A DNA stretch of 64,000 nt from Acanthaster planci (lineage: Eukaryota): assembly GCF_001949145.1 (NCBI RefSeq), contig NW_019091357.1, positions 1,638,746 through 1,702,745 of the forward strand, read 5' to 3'. This document shows, piece after piece, positions 51,358 to 63,410 of the stretch (the stretch's first letter is position 1; each line of letters opens with the position of its first letter). The position numbers and the translations under genes were made by a program. The notes beneath the pieces are model-generated. The model was not told the origin of the DNA. It saw nothing but the letters and a program-made list of their open reading frames with translations, and searched no databases.

Positions 51358-54300
51358 GGCTCAGGGCTATATCTCAAGAGTTGATATAATGATTATAGAG
51401 TTGGGAGCTTAGGCCCATATCGCTTGAAAGGCATTCTAGGAAATATATTCTGCGATGTATGCTGTTTAGGAAACTGTCTCGGGGTTCAATAACACCACGC
51501 TTCTCGTTTCATTGCCAATAAATAATTTATTATCAGTTTCGAACAGACATGTTAGCTTTGTGGTGGTTCTGGCGAAGCTGTTAATAAGCTTTTAATGACC
51601 AACCTCACAGATAGTTGTGAAGATGAGAATGTTTGCCAGTTTTCCCTGGATTTGAAATCCGGAAATGTATCCATTCACTTCTGTCGAGGTAAAAGTTGAA
51701 GTTGATAGTGTTTTACTTTCTGTTTATTAGCTACTCGGATGGAGCCGTTACAGTTTGCTTTCTGCTGAAGGAAACAGGAAGCTACTCAAATATGTGGGAC
51801 TGAACATTTCGATAGTCACACGCTTCTCCCTTTCTGACATCTTCGGTGGCTTAGAAATTACATTATCGATTTTTTTCCCTATTTTTTTGGGGGGGGGTGG
51901 ATGAAACATTGCATCGCTGCTTCCCAGCAGTCAAGCCGTGAAAGTCTGTGGTCTTATGAATGTTTCAATCCAGCACTACATGCATTATAGGGCTAGTGTC
52001 TTTAAAATGAAAGCATCTTCTGTTCAGGGTGAAATCTGAACAACTTATTTCCCTGTAAATTAATCTGCGCGGTCGAGTAAACATCAATATGCTTAAAACG
52101 AAAAGCTGTATGCATAATTCTTCGAGTAGGTGCTTAGTTTCCTTAGCTTTTGTTTTAAGACACATGTGGTTATTCAAAGTATGTATCTCTATGTAAATGT
52201 GTGATAATCTGGAGACTGCAACCAGAAATAAAGTGATACCTGTGAAAGCTGTAGGGGTCTACGCAAAGGAGAAATTGGTGAGAAATTTCCACATGTGTGA
52301 GTGATTTGCTGTATGTCCGAGAATGTTGACAGTAGGCTTTGTAGGAGAGTACTTCAAGCTACTTGATGAAACTTAAGCTCATGGCAAGAATACTGTAATC
52401 CCCTGCACACATTGCCTTCCAAACTTGACACATTATTGGATCAGTAATAAGTTTCTGGCACAAAAACCCATTTATTTTAGGTCTGATTAGTTACCTGACA
52501 GGTTACAGCGCTAACCCCCTTTCTTCGGTATTCATATACTGCCCCGTCCAAATGAGGGAGAGGAAATCAGTAGCTCAGACCAATTCACGTACTGAGTGTC
52601 AGGCTCGGAATGAACAGGAAAAAAGGGAGAAATTTCTTATAAAACATGAGAATTATGAGTAGGGGGTAAAATAAGGCTAATTTCTGTCCATACTTACACT
52701 TCATTTTACAAGGTAAAACAATAAAAGAGACTGTGCTTTAAAACATAAGTTAAGAATGCTTCAAAATGACTTTGGAAAAAGGGATTTTTGAAAGGATAAA
52801 AGAGAAAACTTGATGCCCCTAGTTTCATTTCTAACAAATCCCAATGTCATACTACATGTACTTTCTTGTACAGTCCACCTTCGGCAAACACCAAGTGGGG
52901 AACAACCAACACATGTATACATCTGCAGGTAAGAAGCAACGCAATGCTTCAGTGACAGCTAATCTGTGCCGATCCTTATGTGAGATGCGTGCACTTTCAA
53001 CAAGATTTTCAAGCAGACAAGAAGTTGTAACCAGCTGGCTGTCTTTGTACTTCGCCTACCCCAAATCAATCGCGAGCAGAGACCAGCCTGGTTTTCTGTA
53101 AATAAGCACTTGTCAGAGGGAAAACGAAATCCTGAATCTGGTGTTGCTACAAACACACAGGTTGAGTTTTGTGACTGGTGAATACCCACGCTGAAACTCA
53201 TCGCAGTCTGAATGGCGCAACCACCAAACCTCTGCCAACAAAAGTGCCCATAGGTGAATTGACTTGGGTCTACCAACTACCGTTTCATGAATAAACACTA
53301 CCAAGGCAAAGCCAAAGTACAAAACTCTCTACCTCAGCCAACAGCTGCCGTTTCTAAATACGAGAGGCTGGTAATTTTGCTACTGTTTAAAATCAACTCC
53401 AAATTGCACAGATCGACACCCATGCAATGATTGGCAGCATTTCAAAGTAGCTCAAAAATGACTCTTTCAAATAACTTACAACGATAAGCTTTTCACATTC
53501 AGTACGACGATTAATGGCTATCAACACAGACTCATCAATTAGGCAGTGATTGTTAACGGACAGATTGATTGCCAGGTAAAAAGTGATGAAAAATGAAAAC
53601 AGGAAGAGGTGACCTCAAACAGAAAAAACCCTCTGCCTTAAATGCTTCCAAGCCGTATACACTGACGTTACTACTATATTACAAGTATACGTGTATATGG
53701 TTTTAAATAAACATTTCACCACAGCAGTGGAAGGCCTAAGGTTGTGTTTCCTGAGTGTATTCTTCTGCTTTAAACAAGCTGCAACAGTTTGGGGACTTTC
53801 CAAGAAGAATCAGGCAGAAGATCTACGTGTACCGACAGGATAGGACAGCTCCTGTAAGAAAATCTCCACACCGCCCTCAGAAGGCAAGCCACTAGTGCCA
53901 GGAACAAGGCAATTCAAGAGGGGCAGACACAAAGATGCAATTCACTGCTTGTTGGTTAGAAAACTTTGAAACTTGTACTCGGTCAAACTTGTAACGGTCC
54001 GTTTCATTCGGTCATTCATCAAAGGGAACAGCTCTCTTTTGATGACAGAAAATACACACGAAGGCCTTATTATGGGCTCCATTTGTAAACAAGAGATCTT
54101 ATTCAGAAACCATACCCCTTGACGTAACGCACGGCACACGTACTAACGTGCTTCCGACATGGACTGCACACTGGTTATTTGCCAAATCTGTAGCGTCACT
54201 TGTGTGGGCACCACTGGTATCTACATTCCGCTTGTCACGAGAGGGAAGGAACTGTACACAGAAAAGGTACATTTCTGTTGCTGAGCACAAACAATGCCCA

Positions 54301-54468
54301 AGCAAATAATGCCTGACGTTTACAACTTCCCCGACCAAAGACTGGTGCCCTGCAGAAATCACTGGCTGCAATTGTTTTAACCTTAGCTCTACCACTGCTG
54401 GACAATAATGCTGATTAATACATTGGCTATTGATTACTAGCTAATGGATATTGGCTATTGATTGCTGA

Positions 54469-57400
54469 TCACCGATTGATCCATCGACGCGTGTTGTCCT
54501 CCCACAGGGGGTTTCGCGGTTCGTCGTCGTCGGTACGGATGTAACTTTCGTCGTCTGTGGTGGTGCGATTGAAACTTTCGTCATCCGTGTGACGGCGATA
54601 CAATTCCTACAAGTCAAAGACAAACCCAGTAAATATCCTTCAACTGTCCTTCCAACACCAAATTTCAGCCGGGAGCAAGGTGGCAGGCCAGCCTTACAGG
54701 GTTCAAAGGTCGGCTGTTTGATTGAAGGCTTACAGAGTCCCATCCAGCTTGATTTGCGAAAAATGTTGCTACGTACGTATTGTGATGTAAAATCTGCATT
54801 TGTGTTGGCTTTTGCGTCTTGTAATTGGCATAAAATCGGCCGCAAGCTTGACTTTTAAAAGTCCATTTTCCTCATGAGCAGTGAGAAACAATAGATCTTA
54901 GCAATGCAAATTCATTTTTTCGAAATACACTTTCTGGGACGGCAAAGGGAAAATCACCGGCGAATTACTGGATGGCAAGTTCCCATTATCAACTGATAAA
55001 CACCTTTACAGTCCGACGTCATCACTTTGGATTGAACTCGCTTATGGAGGGGCGGAGAAAGGAGACATAAAAGTGGAGGGGGGGGTTCCTACCTTGGCTT
55101 CTTTGAGTTCGTCGTCAGTGACTCGACCCTGTAACTCATCGTCTGTCCTCATGTAGCTGTCATCGTCCGTGCGGACGTAGGACTCGGCGTCATCCGTTGC
55201 GATGTAACTGTCATCATCTGTCTGACTCTGACCAGAGCTGATAATAAACAAAATGGAGAATAGCACCCTTCTCAAGGCCTTTTGTTAAAAAACAACTGGG
55301 GTGAAAGGCTAATTCCCGTTTGAAAAACCATCACCAATGTCTCTTCAAAACCTGTGCACTTCTCTGCTTTACAAATGTTACACCTCATAACCCACACCTA
55401 CAGAATCACATGTCGGCCATACGTCTGTCAAGTTGACGTGGCTTTGTGTTGTGAACTAAAAATCTGGCTTTTCAGACAATGTCTGAAATGGCACTGTGGT
55501 CTGAGGCTGCAGTGATTTTGCCGTAGCGTGCCCATCTTAGCCTCGGTCTGGTTCCGGCTGTGGTTTTACACTCACACGTCTAGCCCCGAGGGAGGCCGCG
55601 CATGCTCCCTGGGCCGACCCTCCTTCCGTGCCGTCAGCTCGGCGATAAAATCCTGCTCCGACATCTTGTTGCCCTTGTCGCCGGTTGGCCCTGAGCGCTG
55701 ACCCACCCTGCGACTCAATGGTACATCTGTCGCAAATCAATCATAAATGGATTAAATAGGGCCGTACAAGTCAAAAGAGAGGACAAATATCACATGACGC
55801 GCGATATGTGGCCCAGGGGGCCCCCTCTTTTATGTCTTCTTTTGTATCACAGTGATCTCAGGAATTCCTTTCAGATTTTTAGGGGAGTGGGAATGCAGTA
55901 GGTACCAGAGCTTAGGGACTACAGCTGACACATCCCATGGTCTGCCATCACCACAGTGTGTTGGGTATCACAAACATAGTCTGGCACCCCTGACGTCAAT
56001 CAATGCATGCGCTGACGTACCCCGAGTGTTGGCTTTGCTGTCTTTACTGGGCGTGTCTGGACTCTTGATGGTGCCCCCCTCAGACACAAAATCATCGTCG
56101 TCATCGTCATCGTCATCAGCCTCTGGCAATGGGCAAAGAGAAAACAAGCGACGTGAGATCCTTAACTGCAAGTAGCACAGTGGACCTTTCGATCTGGACA
56201 AACCGGCTTGAAGGTAAAAATGTGAACTGGAAATGTGCAGGTGGAAAAAAATGTCTCTGGTATCCTCAGAGTTCTAGGCAATGGCCCATGTCAAGTCAGC
56301 TGACTGGGTCCTTCAAAATCCAACGGGTGATTGGAAAGGATTTTGCCAGATTGAGGAGGGCAGCGCTCAGCTGTTTTGTAACCTTCACGTAGAGCTCGAC
56401 CTCCTGAAAGAGATTATAATGCCAAGAATGTGCCACTGTTTCCTTCACAGTGGAGGATTGGAAACGGCCAAGGAATGTTCTAAGCCAAAAATGCCTAAGG
56501 AGGCTGGGCTCATTATAATGATACTTAGTACTTATGAGGTGTTTCATCACAGAAGTATCAAAGGCTTTTCAATTAGTATCCCTGTTCACTGGGTCATGAG
56601 AGCAGTATTCTCCACAAATAGCTTGAGATTGTGCAATCTGACCTTTACCCTCATTGACCTCTTTCATGGGGCAGCCATCTTGCTTTTCTACCATTCAAAG
56701 CATTGAAACCAAACTGAGGCTGGAAGGAAAAACAGTCTGTTCCCTTTATCAATATCTGAAGTTGTATTACTTTTGCCAATGGGTCTAATGGGAACAAGAC
56801 CAACATGGCAGCATCATGATGAAGGCCCACTACTGGATGGGGTACAAGGAGGGCAACTGCGGTTAAGTTTGCCATACCTGAGTTTAGCTCCCGTACTAGC
56901 GAGGACATGGCGCTGGTCACAGAGTCTGCTGCCACTAGCAAGTCACTCCGCAGGTTCCGGGAGCCCTCGCCGCCAGCTGGCTTGCCGTTGCGGGATGTCG
57001 CGATGTCACCAGGGATGGCCGCAGAATGGGTAGGGGTGGTTGTTGAGGCGTTGTTATTCTTGGAGGTGTGGTTGGGGCTAGAGCGCGGCGAACCATGACT
57101 CTGAAGCAACGAAAAAAACAAGAGGTCTCTTGGAAAACAATGCAGTTCTTTCGTCACCAATTAACTTGCGGAAGTCGAGACTGATGCACCAAAAGACACT
57201 TCAAACCAAACTAAGGCCTTGGGGATACCTTGAGCAGCTTCATCAAGCCTTCCAGCTGGACCATCAGCTCACGACGGCTCTCCTGCAGTGCTGCCATCCT
57301 CAACTCTAGCTCATCCTTGCGTTGCCGCAGCAACCGCAGCTCGGCCAGCAGGGTTGGGTTGCGCTGGGGCTGGGAGCGCACAGCCTCATCGTGTTCCTGA

Positions 57401-60400
57401 CGGAGGCGTTGGATCTCCGCATAATTTCCCTGACGAAAACATTGGTGACACATCAGTTTTGCCTATTACGCGAGCATTTGAAATGTAAGAGCCAAAAATC
57501 ATCTTCAAAATGAAAAACCCTGAATTAAAAAAAAAAACTTGATGGCATTGCTTTGATTTTAAAGTGGTTCTGATCTCTTTGTCTTCAAAAATCATATGAC
57601 AGCTACCGAGGCAAATACTAACACAGTGAATATGGCAAAAAATACAAACAAAATAACAATTTATGCATATTTATGAAAATAGTTTGCACAAGTTCAGGCA
57701 CATAAAACAATGGAATAAAAAATGTCCTATTTCTGTGGAGTGAATACAGGAAATGAAAGGTTTGACAGTAGTTTCAGAATGACTATTTTAGAATGAAAGT
57801 TAACATCTGCAAATCATTTCATTTTTGGTTTGACAGTGATAAACTCAAAGCTGATAAAATCAATGACCAAACGTGAAGTCTGTACACAAAAGCGAAATTT
57901 GTTTGCAAAAAAAAAAAAAAAAAGGAGCTCGTATAATCCCTGATGCCATCTTTTCACAGGGCACATTGAACAATGTTTCGATGCAGTTTTCTGGCATATG
58001 ATAATGCCTTTGCTTGGCAGTAATCGGATTATGGATAAGGAAAGTCCATACCTATTTTTGGCCTCAAGTTGTGCGATGAGCGCTCGCTGCTCCTTATTGG
58101 CGTCAAGATCAGCCGAGATTTCACTCATGGTTGGCTAAATAAGACAGTAACAGACATAATTTTTTTTCAGGTTGACAGAACCAGTTATTCTATCAGTGGC
58201 AATTTTGTCTTCTTTTTAACACTTTCTGGATTTAGGAGTGATAGAATCAATTTTTTTGGGGGGGGAGGGATAACGACGAATGAAAACATCAGTACATATT
58301 TTTCAGCGAAACAAATCAAATGTTTAATTTGTCATGGTCATCTCGATCTCCCTTGTCTACGTCTGACTTTCTTTTTTCCTTGAATGTCCTGGTCTTGGGA
58401 TCGTGTGCACTGAGCTGAAGATCTAGTGGTTATTTTGACGATTGTGAATACCACTGCAGACAAACTTGGCTGAAGTAAATGGCAGCCCCATTGAGCCGCA
58501 ATTCTTTTGCAAGGCAGGGAGATGGGTTTCACGATCCGAGTCCCCTCAGGATTAGAGTCCGCAAGAATAATCGCCAACAGACAACTAGAGCTCTGCAATG
58601 ATCAGATACTCACTGGGTTGTTGGAGGCTGCAGCCAGCCTGGCGGCATAACGTGCAATCAGTCTATGCTCATCATCCAGTCGGGAATTGTCCAGACTGTC
58701 GTTGAAGGAGGAAACAACACAAGAGAGGTTTTACACGTAGTCGAGATTAGCAGTTTCCTTGAGGGTCATTCTGTAAATTTGGGATCCAGATTTCTTGTGT
58801 CCCTGTGACATCTGAAATATGATTCTGTGAGTTCAAAACAATTCTCTAATTTCCCAAGAGTAATGAATTAATGCAAATTACCTGCCAAACAAATGTAAAT
58901 AGTTTGAAATCAATTTCAATGATATTTCCATGTCAAATACCACAGGTCAGGCGTAACAGGGACACAAAAATGTCACTTTTGGACCCTGAATTTATAAAAT
59001 GACCCTTGAGTAAAAATTTCTTGGTTAAAATACGCACAGTCTTACAAGTCCTCTTAAAAATATAGTTTTTCAGTCAATAACAAATCATGCCCGTTAAGAA
59101 TTGATACCTAAATTATAAACCATTTTCCGACTTCGCAACGCACAGTGTACATGACAGTAGCATATGATGGGAACCAGCTAAACAAACTATGCATCGCAAA
59201 CAAATTCTATTAGGCCATGTCTAAAAGTCTTGCCTATGGCTACAAGGGACACATGCACCTATGTGACATAGCCACAGCCTTTAGTGAGTAACTAACGTAG
59301 ATGCACATGTTACTCCTACCACAGTCAATTTCTGGAGCAAGCTTTGACAGACTGACTGCCGTTTGTAAAATAATGGATGATTCTGGGAACCAGACCAGCA
59401 CTGGTTTCTAGATAGCCTACCTTTTGAGATCGTCGTCGGTGCGCAAGATTCTAGCATTGTCAGGACTATCATAGGTCAGTACCGTTACTGGGGTGGCAGG
59501 CCTGAGAGGTTAGAGGTCAAGCATCACGCACCAGAGGTGTGGTTTAGAAGATGGATACCGGTTGTACAATGTTAAAACAAATGGTAAAAAAGGGGCCAGG
59601 GAAAAGGGGATTTCAGGGGGGGGGTTAAATGGTTCATGGTGGGTGGGAGGGGATTGGGAGGATTAAAAGGGGGGTTAACGTCAGGAAGTAGGGAAGGTGG
59701 GGAGATAAGTTGGGAAGACAGAGGAAAGTAGGATGGTGAGAAAATGGATGGAAAAAGGGGACAAATTGAGCAGAAAAGGGGAATTAGGAGGGAGGGAATG
59801 ACCACAGTGATAGACATGATCAGGAAGAGCAGAGATGAAGAAGTGACCACATTGCACAAGTTATGGATTCAGGAGAAGGTTAGTTGACAAGAGGTGTTTC
59901 AGCGACAGAGCAAAGGACAGTTGGAAAGAAAAAGAAAAACAAGGCAAGATTAATGATGTTTTAACAATCATGAATGCATATTAATTACTGCCATGACTTA
60001 ATAATGCACGGATTGATAGAAGATATCGATGGTATTTCTATTCTTTTCCGAAAAGGCGGTTATGTCACTGAAGAATGTCAGAACAAGCAGTGGGGGAAAG
60101 GTCTGGGACACAGGCTGTGAGATTTCACGGTAACCATCAGACGTGAGAGTGAATGTCACACAAACTAGCCAGAGGCCCAGAGAAGTTTCGGCTACAATTT
60201 ATGATGAAGTTAGGGGGTCCTGTGAGCCCTGAAATGACAGATATCTGATCTGGTTTTCAAGACATTTCCACTCTGACCCCCCCAAGGTCAACTCTCTTAT
60301 AGCCATGACCACTTCTGCCAAAATTTTGGTAAACTGAGCCTCTGGCTAGCTGGAAACAGTGAGGGTACAAGTGATGAGTTTAAGACAGCAATCAAATATT

Positions 60401-63400
60401 GCTTTCCTGTTACTATGGTTACAGTGCACAAAGGAGGAGAACAATTTCAAAAAAAAAAAATTTCAAACAGAACAAACTGCTACATGAATTCAAAATGCAA
60501 CATCTCCCCAAAAAAATTCCTTACATCTGCATGTCAGACAGACTGCCTTTCCTACTGGTACATGTACATGTATGCACGACCAGGGTGGGGAAAAAGAGAA
60601 AAAGAAAAGAATCATTGGAACTGACGCAAATAATCTGCCAGTCTCAGTAAGGAAGCTTGGGACTGGGTTTTCAAGAGAACAGCCATCGTGGGGGGAGAAA
60701 GTGGCAATTTTGCGAGCACAGCAAAAGGGAAAGAACAATGGGCAAGATCCGCTGGACTTCACTGAAGTTGAACTGCAAAAGCACGGGTCCTGCTTGTTTC
60801 AAAAGAAGATACAGAAAGAGGGAGCTGCTTATAGCCAAAACAAAGTCATCAGAGATCTGAGCGGCACAGAATTACAACCAAGTGAGATCTCTGTTTTAAA
60901 GATGTGACTAATTTTGAAAATGGATTGTGAAATTGGTCATTAATTTGAACAGAGAGATGGATGGCTAAACTGACAAATGAAAAATGATGCTCAAGAAGGA
61001 CTGAGGTTAAGATGTGTACATTTTTATTAGAATTACAGGAAAAAGTTGCATTTTTTCTAAGCCTTTAGCGGATAGCACTATTTTTGTTGAATTTATATCA
61101 ATATTTATAAATACTCTTTCTGAGAATCAACAGCTTCTCGTGCAGTTTTCAGAATTTCTGACCAGCCGTTGCTAATTGGTTATATAAACAGCACCCTCTA
61201 TGCGCAGTTCATGTAAACATTGCAGAAGGAAAAAGTTGCAGGAACAGTTGGCTTGAATTAAGACTAACAGGAGCATGCTAATCTGGCCGAGATCTTGGAA
61301 ATGTCTTAAACTTTCCCGGCGGGTCAAATCTGCAAATGCCTCCACAGCTCGTACAAAATTAAAGACTTGAATGAAGGCAAGTAATGACTCTGAAATTTGC
61401 CGAAGACAGTTAAAAGTTGTGAACTGGAGCCAATTTCATAGAGCTGTGTAAGCACAAAATTTGCTTAAGCGTGGAAAAACCTTGCTTGACAAATCAGGTT
61501 ACAAGCCAAATCTCCATGTGATGTATATTGTTTTGGAATGGTGTTCACCTGTCTTTTGGTTAGCATGACAATCACATAGATTTTAAGCTGGCAACCTTTG
61601 TTTTTTAAGCAAGTTTTTTGCGCTTAAGCAAATTTTGTGCATAAGCAGCTCTATGAAATCGGCCCCTGCAGCTGCAATCTTCAGTTAAGTAAGCAGCATC
61701 CTTTACAGAGGGTTCCTGGATCAGATACACAGATATGAATATGCAGGCTTGAATCAAGACTAACAACAACAACGATATGGCTGTGTCCAAAAGTTTTGAC
61801 TGTGGATAGCAATAACACATGCCTCTATGTAAGCCACTGGCTAACCCCAGAGCCTATTTCCCATAGACGTGTGTTCACCCTCAGCCCTAGCCAATGCTTT
61901 AGGATGCAGCCAGACTTGAGCAGCTTACACAATGTGTGAGAGGTCCAGCGGTCGTTCAGGCTCGTCAGGGTAGTGAGGTAGGCGCTGCTGCTTGGAGGGT
62001 GACCGAAACGGCTTCTTCAGGGCCTTGCCCACTTTCTTGGCGGGGGATTTCTGGTTGCAAAGCAAACAAAAGAAGATTGAACAAGAGACCAGACACACTT
62101 CCGGTCATCCCTTCCGCTTTTGCCTAATCTACCCAGAACTGTTTCTTTTGGCTCCGGCAAAATTGTTCTTCCCCTGATTTCCTCTTTCAAACCGAAAAGG
62201 ACTCCCTCATGTTGAAGACTCTTGGTATGGAAGGTGAAGAGGGTTTAAGGTTTGTCTTTCTGTGGTACGTTCCGAGTCTGCGGAAGAAATGCGGTGATGG
62301 TGGACAACACCAAGTATCAGTTTCTAATTGAACTCATTGAAAGAAAAGACAAGCTGACATTTTCCCTATGTGCTGTGTCAGTCAAATTGTTTTTCATATT
62401 TCCCGAGAGGCTCAAACACTATACTTTGACTTCACAAAACTGAATGACCACGCTGACGGCATACAGTGATCCGGTGGACAGCTGACGAGAGTACTGTGAG
62501 CAACGTCGTGGTTGGAGGTAACGGTAACTCCGACACTCACCCAGGACGAATACTCCTTCATCTCGTGGTCGGCGGTGTGGCTGCCGGATGTGTAGCCCCT
62601 CCAGAAGCAGTTCTGGCACAGCTGGTAGTTGGAGCAACGGTTACACTTGTAGCGGTACCCCATCATGGACTCTGACTTACAATTGCTGCACTCCACAGGG
62701 TGAAATACTGGGGGAAGGGGAGAGAAAAGGGGAAAATCGTTCAAACGATACGCCGTGAAACTATCCACCCTCACCGCTGAACGAAGAGACAAGGCTAGAA
62801 GGAAGGTTTTCAACGGGGTTTGTGCACGTGCCCCGCGCGCACATAAAGGCCAAACATGTACCGGTACATTCAAACGAAAACTGGTTGCGCATGCTGAGCA
62901 CATTTGCACCAAATGAACGTGAACCTGTGTATGCTAGCGCTGGGTTCCCACAAAAAAGACCATCACTGCTATAGAAGAGCACGCCCTCTATTGTTCCCGC
63001 TTGGGAGTGCATGTAAATACATGTTCATGTAGCACTGCCACGAATGGATAAACACGCTAGAATTTGAACCCAGGCCAACTGCAGGACCTCCAATAATACC
63101 AACTGTACATTTCCATCCTTTTACAAAGAAATCCAAAGACATTTAAAGGGAAAAAAATTCTGCACACTTTGATCTTCTCTCTGAATTACTTCACTCATGG
63201 ACAATATTCGAGTAGTTGACATTTCTTGGGCCCAAGACCTCCGCACATCTTTAATCCCACCTTTAATCGCAACTGAAATTGAGACGAGATCTTACCGTTC
63301 TCGACATTGCACATGCGGTGCATGAGTGGAAACCACATCAGGCAGGGGGGCCCGGGGTCGGCCAGAAGGGTGTCTAGAAAGTCGTTCAGCGTCACTCGAC

Positions 63401-63410
63401 GGTTGGCGTT
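54469..63410 (-). CDS. DTNB: Dystrobrevin (co-orthologue of vertebrate DTNA/DTNB), 3' part; the 5' exons lie beyond the window
   Basis: Exons 63410-63296, 62707-62541, 62050-61929, 59501-59421, ~58695-58614, 58134-58052, 57429-57229, 57100-56878, 56122-56021, ~55726-55575, 55237-55093, 54606-54469. EF region [18 protein letters not shown] finger [41 protein letters not shown]; syntrophin-site motif [17 protein letters not shown]; coiled coil [69 protein letters not shown]. There is one apparent 1-nt frameshift near 57418. Confidence 0.95.
58757..59010. mobile_element. MITE-like element of about 250 bp (dystrobrevin intron)
   Basis: Imperfect terminal inverted repeats TTGAGGGTCATTCTGTAAATTTGGGATCC..TGTGTCCCTGT versus ACAGGGACACA..GGACCCTGAATTTATAAAATGACCCTTGAG. 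Confidence 0.75.
59504..59987 (-). promoter_or_regulatory. 484-nt AG exclusion zone upstream of a dystrobrevin 3' splice site, with a candidate distant branch point
   Basis: No CT on the plus strand (no AG on the sense strand) from 59504 to 59987. Sense-strand CATTAAT at about 59950 is followed by CTTGCCTTGTTTTTCTTTTTCTTTCC. Confidence 0.7.
60165..60349. mobile_element. MITE-like element of about 185 bp
   Basis: Terminal inverted repeats CTAGCCAGAGGCCCAG / CTGAGCCTCTGGCTAG. Confidence 0.7.
60525..60554 (-). CDS. Candidate alternative dystrobrevin microexon, 30 or 27 nt (NAGNAG acceptor), adding (R)KGSLSDMQM
   Basis: Strong pyrimidine tract, CAG/TAG tandem acceptor, donor AT|GTAAGG, symmetric phase 2-2 matching the host intron, no stop codon. 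Confidence 0.55.
61424..61668. mobile_element. MITE-like element of about 245 bp with long terminal inverted repeats
   Basis: GCCAATTTCATAGAGCTG..GCACAAAATTTGCTTAAGCG versus CGCTTAAGCAAATTTTGTGC..CAGCTCTATGAAATCGGC. Confidence 0.85.

Noticed and set aside
57221..57228. Dystrobrevin donor GTATCCCC resembling a U12 5' splice site
   Set aside because: It deviates at +7/+8 from GTATCCTT, is preceded by a U2-style AAG, and the acceptor has an ordinary pyrimidine tract.
59572..59859. 95-aa hydrophobic, Pro-rich minus-strand ORF and a G-quadruplex-like plus strand
   Set aside because: Both are by-products of the C/U-rich AG exclusion zone. There is no splice or codon support for coding.
60572..60907. 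111-aa Lys-rich plus-strand ORF
   Set aside because: It is an antisense reading of intronic pyrimidine tracts and has no recognisable domain.
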